A stretch of DNA of 64,000 nucleotides. Source: Ostreococcus lucimarinus. Its lineage: Eukaryota. The translations under genes were made by a program, and so were the position numbers. Where the stretch lies: the NCBI GenBank assembly GCA_000092065.1, contig CP000583.1, one strand, 5' to 3'. Numbering within the stretch: position 1 is the first letter of the stretch; each line of letters starts with the position of its first letter. A model generated the notes under the pieces. The model saw nothing but the letters and a program-made list of their open reading frames with translations. It was not told the origin of the DNA and ran no database searches. Below, piece by piece: positions 58,801-64,000 of the stretch.

Positions 58801-59595
58801 ATGTCGAGCGCGCGCGTCGTCGTCGCGGCGCGACGCGGCGTCGCGTCGCGCCGCGGCGCGCGGACGACGACGCGCGGGGCGACGCCGAACGACGCGCGGT
58901 CGGACGAGCTCGTGCGCGCGTCGGCGCGCGCGGCGGCGGACGCGAAGGCGGCGGTGACGCGGCGAAACGTCAGGGCGACGGTCGAGGCGCGGAAGCGCGC
59001 GGACGAGGACCGCGAGGCGGCGGCGCGCGAAGAAGCGGCGGCGGAGAAGCGGGCGCGCGCGGAGGCGCGCGCGGCGGCGATCGGGGGACGACGGCCGTTT
59101 CATCGAAAGGCGGGACCGATCGCGGCGGCGGGCGCGGCGTGCTTGGCGGCGACGGCGGGGTGCTTCGAGGCGACGGTGCACGCGGGGGATTGGATAAACG
59201 CGCTGGCGGTGCCGGGAGACGCGCTGGTGGGGGCGAGCGGGGCGCCGGCGAAGAGCGGGCTGTTGACGCTGACGATCGGGGTGGGATTGACGGTGACGTC
59301 GACGCTCGCGTTTTCGACGGCGATTTTGTTCGCGTTGGCGTTTCAGGAGGGGAAGGGCGTGATAAAGAACGAACCGATCGTTTATTACCGATGCGACGGC
59401 GCCGATCCGACGTGTTGCGTGAACGGGCCGCACAACAAGGGGTATCACGAGCGGTTCGTGTACATGAATCACGGGCGCGGGTTCGAGACGCGACGGGCGG
59501 GGTGCATGCAAAGACATCTTCGCGTGTCGCGCGGGTGCTCGGCGCTCAAACCGTTGATCGTGTACCCGAAAGACGAGGACTGGGGATTCTGGTAA
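58801..59595 (+). CDS. Hypothetical membrane protein with a Cys-rich C-terminus (start uncertain)
   Basis: Charged helical N-terminus, hydrophobic segments (LLTLTIGVGLTVTSTLAFSTAILFALAF) and a C-terminal YYRCDGADPTCCVNGPHNKGYHERFVYMNHGRGFETRRAGCMQRHLRVSRGC. Confidence 0.35.
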   Translation: MSSARVVVAARRGVASRRGARTTTRGATPNDARSDELVRASARAAADAKAAVTRRNVRATVEARKRADEDREAAAREEAAAEKRARAEARAAAIGGRRPFHRKAGPIAAAGAACLAATAGCFEATVHAGDWINALAVPGDALVGASGAPAKSGLLTLTIGVGLTVTSTLAFSTAILFALAFQEGKGVIKNEPIVYYRCDGADPTCCVNGPHNKGYHERFVYMNHGRGFETRRAGCMQRHLRVSRGCSALKPLIVYPKDEDWGFW

Positions 59596-59660
59596 ATCTA
59601 CCGTCGCCACTAGATTTTAGCGTAATTTGTACAAACAACAGCGTCGGCGGGCGACTTTCT

Positions 59661-60887
59661 CTAAGACGACGCGCGCACGAAGAACGTTTGCGCGTCGAGC
59701 GCCGCGAGCGCGGGCGCGTCGCCGCCGTCTTCCCGCAACACGACTTCCCCGGCGCGCGTGGTGAGCTCGAACGTGGGCATCGACAACACCGCGTCGTCTA
59801 AACTGCGCGCGTAATCGAACACGTCGCGAATCGTAGACGCGTTCGCGTCGAACTTGCGCGTCTTCACCGCGCCGTTCGGCAAACTAAATCGAAGCGCCAC
59901 TACGCCCGGCGTTCCGCGCGCGGCGCTCGGCTCGGGCGCTATGGACGCGCGCAACGTCGCTTTACGAGTCTCGAACGCCTCTTGTTCGGCTAATTTAGCT
60001 CGCTCGCGCTCGGCGAGCGCCTCTTTCGCCTTTAAGAATTCCTCCTTGCGCCGGCGCTCGCGAGCGGCGATCTCATCCATCACGCGCTCGTACTCCTCGC
60101 TCGGTTCGAGCTCGACCTCTACGTCGGTCTCGAGTAAAGACACCGCGCCGAAACCGTCGTCCGGTTCCACCGCCGTCACCTTGAGCTCGTACGTCTTGCT
60201 CGGATCCGTCGTCGACGCGACGACGACTTCGTCGCCCACCGTCGCCGCGCTTCGCCCCATCATCACGCGCTCCAGCACCTCGCGCACGTCCTGATCCACG
60301 AAATCCCGCGCGAAATCATTCATACGAGGTTTCAGCGTCATCTTCGTCCCAAGCGGTAGCGCCGCGTACGTCACTCGCACCAGTCTCGCGTCGGCGTCCG
60401 CGCCGTCCTCGCGCGCCGCGTCCCCCGTCAACCCGAGCGTCCGCATCACCGGCTCCGGCAGCCCGATCGTCCCCGAATCCACGCTCCCGTAATCCAACAC
60501 CCCAACGTGCGTCTTCCTCTCTCCTCTCGACACGCAAAAGTGCGCGCGTCCGCTTCGATTCGCCCCCACGCTCGCCGCCGCGCTCGCCGGCAGTTGCGCC
60601 TTGTCCTCGCCCCGCGCGCGAATCCCCCGCCTCCTCGCCGCATCGCTCGATTGCGCGAACAAGCGCGCGTCGTACGACACGCCTTCGTTTTGCACCATCA
60701 TCGCCTCCTCGGCGCGCCGCTGTTCGCGCTCTCGCGCTCTCGCGCGCATTTTTTCATCGTCGAGCTGTTTTCGTAACGCTTCTTTCCGCGCGTTTTCCGC
60801 GCGCTCGACCGCGATCTTGTCCCGCAGCCTTCCCTGTTCGCGCGCGTTCTCCCGTTCGAGCTTCTTCGCCGCGTCGCGGAGGAACAT
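59661..60887 (-). CDS. UFD1-domain protein with a C-terminal UBX/ubiquitin-like domain and an N-terminal coiled coil (p97/Cdc48 cofactor-like)
   Basis: UFD1 N-domain THVGVLDYGSVDSGTIGLPEPVMRTLGL...KTYELKVTAVEPDDGFGAVSLLETDVEVELEP matches UFD1 [27 protein letters not shown]...[30 protein letters not shown]. The C-terminal VVALRFSLPNGAVKTRKFDANASTIRDVFDYARSL... is UBX-like. ATG at 60887. Confidence 0.6.
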   Translation of the reverse strand: MFLRDAAKKLERENAREQGRLRDKIAVERAENARKEALRKQLDDEKMRARAREREQRRAEEAMMVQNEGVSYDARLFAQSSDAARRRGIRARGEDKAQLPASAAASVGANRSGRAHFCVSRGERKTHVGVLDYGSVDSGTIGLPEPVMRTLGLTGDAAREDGADADARLVRVTYAALPLGTKMTLKPRMNDFARDFVDQDVREVLERVMMGRSAATVGDEVVVASTTDPSKTYELKVTAVEPDDGFGAVSLLETDVEVELEPSEEYERVMDEIAARERRRKEEFLKAKEALAERERAKLAEQEAFETRKATLRASIAPEPSAARGTPGVVALRFSLPNGAVKTRKFDANASTIRDVFDYARSLDDAVLSMPTFELTTRAGEVVLREDGGDAPALAALDAQTFFVRASS

Positions 60888-61026
60888 GGCGCGCGTCGCG
60901 CGTCGCCGCCTCGTCGTTCGCGCGCGTCGCTTTTTGACGCGATTCCGGAATCCGCACTCCGCGCCGCGCGTGCGTCCGCGCGCCCGTCGCGCGTCGCCTC
61001 GAAGCGCGTCGACGACGTCGATCGCG

Positions 61027-61809
61027 ATGTCCGCGAAGCGCGCGCTCGGCGCGTTGGCGACTCTGGCGACGCACGAGGCGCGCGCGGGGTCGATGAAGTT
61101 GATGACGATGTCGGGACATCGATGCGGCGCGACCGCGGCGACGACGGCGCGCGCGACGGTCGCCGGACCGACGCGCGCGCGTCTCGCGCGCGATGCGATG
61201 TCGCGCGATCGCGCGTACGCGACGCGACGAGGGACGAAGTCGAGCTCGAGCGCGGATGAGGCGGCGAGCGGGACGCGCGGCGACCTGGCGTCGACGCCGG
61301 AGAGCGGACGGTACGACGAAATCACCGATAAGTGGATCCCGGAGAAGCCGGTGAGCGTGGTCGAGGGCGCGTCGTACGGCGCGGTGGGGCTGATCGGGCT
61401 CGGGATCGCGGCGGGAGCGGTGTGGTACGGGGCGTCGGAGTTGTTGGTGACGCCGCGAGAGCAAAAGGTGTTCAACGCGGCTATGGATAAATTACACGAT
61501 GACGTGCGCGTCACCGTCGCGCTTGGATCGCCGATGACGGGATATGGGAGCGAAAGCCGCAGTCGGAGCGCGAGACACAGGATCGCGCACAGAGTGGTGA
61601 TCGATGAGAGAGGACGCGAGCGGTTGCGCGTGCAGTTTCACGCGCGCGGCGCGAGAGGAAGCGCCGTGGTGCACGCTGAGGCGGGCTTAGACGAGTCGAC
61701 GGGGAAGTGGGAGTTTCAATACATCATCGTGGACGTGCAAGGCGCGAACCCGACGCGGATTCACGTCGTTTCGCCGCAAGCGCAGCCACGGCGTCTGGTC
61801 GCGTTGTAG
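61027..61809 (+). CDS. TIM21: Mitochondrial import inner membrane translocase subunit TIM21
   Basis: Presequence-like N-terminus, one TM (AVGLIGLGIAAGAVWYG) and the IMS domain ..VRVTVALGSPMTGYGSESRSRSARHRIAHRVVIDERGRERLRVQFHARG...GKWEFQYIIVDVQ matching TIM21 ..VIGVFGESVKGYGEVTRRGRRQHVRFTEY...GEYDFRYIFVEIE. Confidence 0.75.
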   Translation: MSAKRALGALATLATHEARAGSMKLMTMSGHRCGATAATTARATVAGPTRARLARDAMSRDRAYATRRGTKSSSSADEAASGTRGDLASTPESGRYDEITDKWIPEKPVSVVEGASYGAVGLIGLGIAAGAVWYGASELLVTPREQKVFNAAMDKLHDDVRVTVALGSPMTGYGSESRSRSARHRIAHRVVIDERGRERLRVQFHARGARGSAVVHAEAGLDESTGKWEFQYIIVDVQGANPTRIHVVSPQAQPRRLVAL

Positions 61810-61866
61810 AAAGAATCGCTTCGATAAATTTACAATCATGAATATCATCAACACACGCGCGCGCGC

Positions 61867-63156
61867 CTACGTCGTCGAGCGCTCGCTCGACTGCCGTATC
61901 TTTTCTTCTCGTTCTAATTTTTCGCGCTTCCCCAGCCACACGGTGTACGGTATGGTGGCGCAAAGCATCGCGCACGCCAACAAATTTGCCCCCGTCGCGT
62001 CGTTCGAGTCCACCGCCCAGGCGAGCATAGGGTACTGCAACAAGCTCCACACCGCGGATATCAAAAGTCCAAGACCGCAGAGCGTACCGTAGTGCTCGAA
62101 TCCGAAGCGTCGACCGATGTTGCTAAAGTACATCGCGAACACAAACAGTCGGCCCAACGAATAGAGCGTCATGCCGAGAACGTGCACTCCCATACCCGCG
62201 CTCTTCGGCAGCGTCAGCAGCGCGAACGAGATCGCAGTGGAGATCGTCGCGAACGCCTGACACGCCCCACAACCGATCACATCCGCCACGCGACCGCCGT
62301 AGGCGGCGAATATCGCCACCGAACCGTACGCGGCGGAGAAGATGCTCGAGTATTCGCCCGCGGCGTCGCCCTTGAGTTCGAGTTGGTACCCTATGGCGGA
62401 TATGTAAAACTGTAGCGGACACACGACGACGGTGAACCACCCGACGAGTCCGATGTACTCTACCGATCGCATTTGCTCGCTTCGACTGAACCCATTCGCT
62501 AAACCTTCCGACCGCGCGTGTAAATCTCGCCGCGACTCCGCGCCGTCGCCGCCGTCGCCGCCGTCGCCGCCGCCGCCGTCGAAATCCACGTTCGCCGTCT
62601 CGTGAAAGTCCTGTCCCTTGGGCAACATCACTAAACACGCCGCGAACAACACCGCCGCGCACGCCGCGAACGCGTAAAACCCAACTTCTCGATCGTCGCC
62701 CGCCGTCAACGCCAAAAATACCACGCCGCTCACCTGAAACGCTCCGCTCAGCGACGACATCACCGTGCTCGCGCTTTCCGGAAACAACGCCGCCACCGGC
62801 TGCACGCACAACTGCACTCCGCTCCCTAACCCCAATCCAAACATCCCCAGCGTCAGCGCCGCGTCGTTCGTCGCCTCGCTCGCGCCGAGCGCCAGCGCGC
62901 CGCCGACGACGAACGCCAGGCACGCGCAGCACGTGAACCGCGTCCCCACGCGGTCCCGCGACACGCCCGCGACGAACCGACCGCCCTGAACGCTCCACGA
63001 CCCCGCGGTGAAGTGTCGCGCGAGGCGTTTCTCGCTCAGCTCGCCGCGCTCGCGCAGTAAAAGCGCGCGCAGCGGCGGCCATCCGTACACGGTACCCGCG
63101 ACGAGCGAGGACGCGACGAACGCGAGCGCGAACAGCGCGATTCGCGGGTACTTCAT
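61867..63156 (-). CDS. Major facilitator superfamily transporter (SLC43/LAT3-like or unknown-substrate MFS)
   Basis: 12 hydrophobic segments in an MFS layout. ATG at 63156 ([18 protein letters not shown]). The preceding 239 codons of the ORF are antisense to the GNL3 5' region. Confidence 0.6.
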   Translation of the reverse strand: MKYPRIALFALAFVASSLVAGTVYGWPPLRALLLRERGELSEKRLARHFTAGSWSVQGGRFVAGVSRDRVGTRFTCCACLAFVVGGALALGASEATNDAALTLGMFGLGLGSGVQLCVQPVAALFPESASTVMSSLSGAFQVSGVVFLALTAGDDREVGFYAFAACAAVLFAACLVMLPKGQDFHETANVDFDGGGGDGGDGGDGAESRRDLHARSEGLANGFSRSEQMRSVEYIGLVGWFTVVVCPLQFYISAIGYQLELKGDAAGEYSSIFSAAYGSVAIFAAYGGRVADVIGCGACQAFATISTAISFALLTLPKSAGMGVHVLGMTLYSLGRLFVFAMYFSNIGRRFGFEHYGTLCGLGLLISAVWSLLQYPMLAWAVDSNDATGANLLACAMLCATIPYTVWLGKREKLEREEKIRQSSERSTT

Positions 63157-63444
63157 CGTCGCCCTCGGTTCGCGCGCGCGCGCGCGCGTCGGGCGCGCGC
63201 GCGCGGGTGTGCGGCGATTCGTATTCGCGCCGCCGCCGCCGCCACGCGACGCGACACAATCGCGCGCGGTTCTCGACGTCACGCGCGCGCGCGCGCACGA
63301 CGACGCGACCGAGGCTCGAAAGCGCGCGCGCGCGAACGCTCGTCCGTCGCGCGTCGTCGACGCGACGTCGCCGACGCGCGACGCGCGCGAAGACGCCGAC
63401 GCGGCGACGCTCTCGACGCCGACGCCCGACGACGACGCGCCACC

Positions 63445-64000
63445 ATGCCGAAGAAGAGCACGAAGTCGAAGTCGAAGCGCACGACGCTGAAACAAAAGTA
63501 CAAGGTGATTCGCAAGGTGAAGGAGCATCACAAGAAGAAGCGGAAGGAGGAGAACCGGTTGAAGCGATTGGGCATCAAGAAGAAGGGGCCGAAGGATCCG
63601 GGGGTGCCGAACGCGTGGCCGCACAAGGATGAGTTGATGAGGGAGATTGATCACGAACACGAGAAAATTGAGACGAAGAAGGAGGAACTGATGGAGGCGA
63701 AACGGGCGCGACGGACGGAGAATAAGAGAATCGCGAAGGAGATGATGGAGTCGGGGGCGCCGGCGCCGACGCTGGAGGAACTGCGAGCGATCGCGGATCG
63801 AAAAGAAACGAATTATGAAGAGAAGAAGAAGGCGAAGTTGGCGGAAGAGCTCGAGAGGGAGGATGAAGATCAAGATTCGAGTCGACGGGCGTATTATAAG
63901 GAGTTTGTTAAGGTTGTGGAGCTTTCGGATGTCATCATACAGGTTTTGGACGCGCGGGATCCGTTGTCGTGTCGATCGCCAGAGGTCGAGCGGTTCGTGC
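63445..64000 (+). CDS. GNL3: Nucleostemin/GNL3-family nucleolar GTPase, 5' part (continues beyond the window)
   Basis: [64 protein letters not shown]...[29 protein letters not shown] matches GNL3 ..MTCHKRYKIQKKVREHHRKLRKEAKK..KKPRKDPGVPNSAPFKE...[26 protein letters not shown]. It is absent from the ORF track because no stop lies in the window. Confidence 0.8.
   Translation, partial: MPKKSTKSKSKRTTLKQKYKVIRKVKEHHKKKRKEENRLKRLGIKKKGPKDPGVPNAWPHKDELMREIDHEHEKIETKKEELMEAKRARRTENKRIAKEMMESGAPAPTLEELRAIADRKETNYEEKKKAKLAEELEREDEDQDSSRRAYYKEFVKVVELSDVIIQVLDARDPLSCRSPEVERFV

Noticed and set aside
57969-59801. 610-aa plus ORF running through tRNA copy 3, the WLM gene and beyond
   Set aside because: It starts inside a tRNA, is Arg/Gly-rich and is antisense to the WLM HExxH gene. 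Only a different-frame C-terminal ORF (58801..59595) was retained, at low confidence.
1-64000. Prokaryotic operon or defence-island reading of the window
   Set aside because: Presence of SF3B1, U2AF65, SmD3, TSG101, TIM21 and nucleostemin, plus spliceosomal introns, targeting presequences and a Pol III-type tRNA array, shows this is eukaryotic nuclear DNA. Gene adjacency does not imply operons.

Overview
This 64 kb window is GC-rich (about 65%), gene-dense eukaryotic nuclear DNA, not a prokaryotic locus. It carries unmistakably eukaryotic genes: SF3B1 with HEAT repeats and TP-dipeptide repeats, U2AF65, SmD3, TSG101/Vps23, TIM21 and nucleostemin/GNL3. FBPase carries an N-terminal extension that looks like a plastid transit peptide, and several other proteins (ROK/EF-hand/thioredoxin fusion, ABM, NAD kinase) have targeting-peptide-like N-termini. 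There is roughly one gene per 1.2 to 1.5 kb, on both strands, with few short spliceosomal introns. I infer a prasinophyte/Mamiellophyceae-type green alga (Micromonas-like), but I cannot verify this without a database. I support about 50 protein-coding genes. They include PDX1, a CCCH zinc-finger protein, OPA3, SF3B1, TXNDC9, a PX-BAR sorting nexin, TSG101, two phosducin-like/thioredoxin-fold proteins, an FBH1-like F-box DNA helicase, FBPase, an S1-domain protein, an LCMT-family methyltransferase, SERP1/RAMP4, two MFS transporters, U2AF65, a DMT transporter, an HD phosphohydrolase, a ROK/EF-hand/thioredoxin fusion, a tandem-ABM protein, PHPT1, a J-domain/zf-PARP/BRCT protein, PPIL2, SmD3, NUS1, a BCCT transporter, a CHO2-like PEMT, an ABC ATPase, a SixA-like phosphatase, NAD kinase, a fatty-acid-hydroxylase-family oxidase, a WLM protease, a UFD1-domain/UBX-like protein, TIM21 and partial GNL3. 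I also found three tandem intron-containing tRNA-Ser(GCU) genes at 57.6 to 58.0 kb, each followed by a T-run. I reconstructed six introns by eye (PDX1, TXNDC9, TSG101, U2AF65, SmD3 and a coiled-coil gene). All use GT(G/A/T)(C/G)... donors and (A/C)GCAG or GACAG acceptors, and they restore conserved N-terminal exons that the six-frame track misses. Many long antisense or Arg-rich ORFs in the track are GC artefacts. The ORF track uses alternative start codons, so eukaryotic starts were moved to the first plausible ATG. There is no CRISPR array, mobile element or prokaryotic operon. The most interesting items are several unusual domain architectures and the tRNA array. Coordinates of spliced genes and start codons are approximate (plus or minus a few nt).
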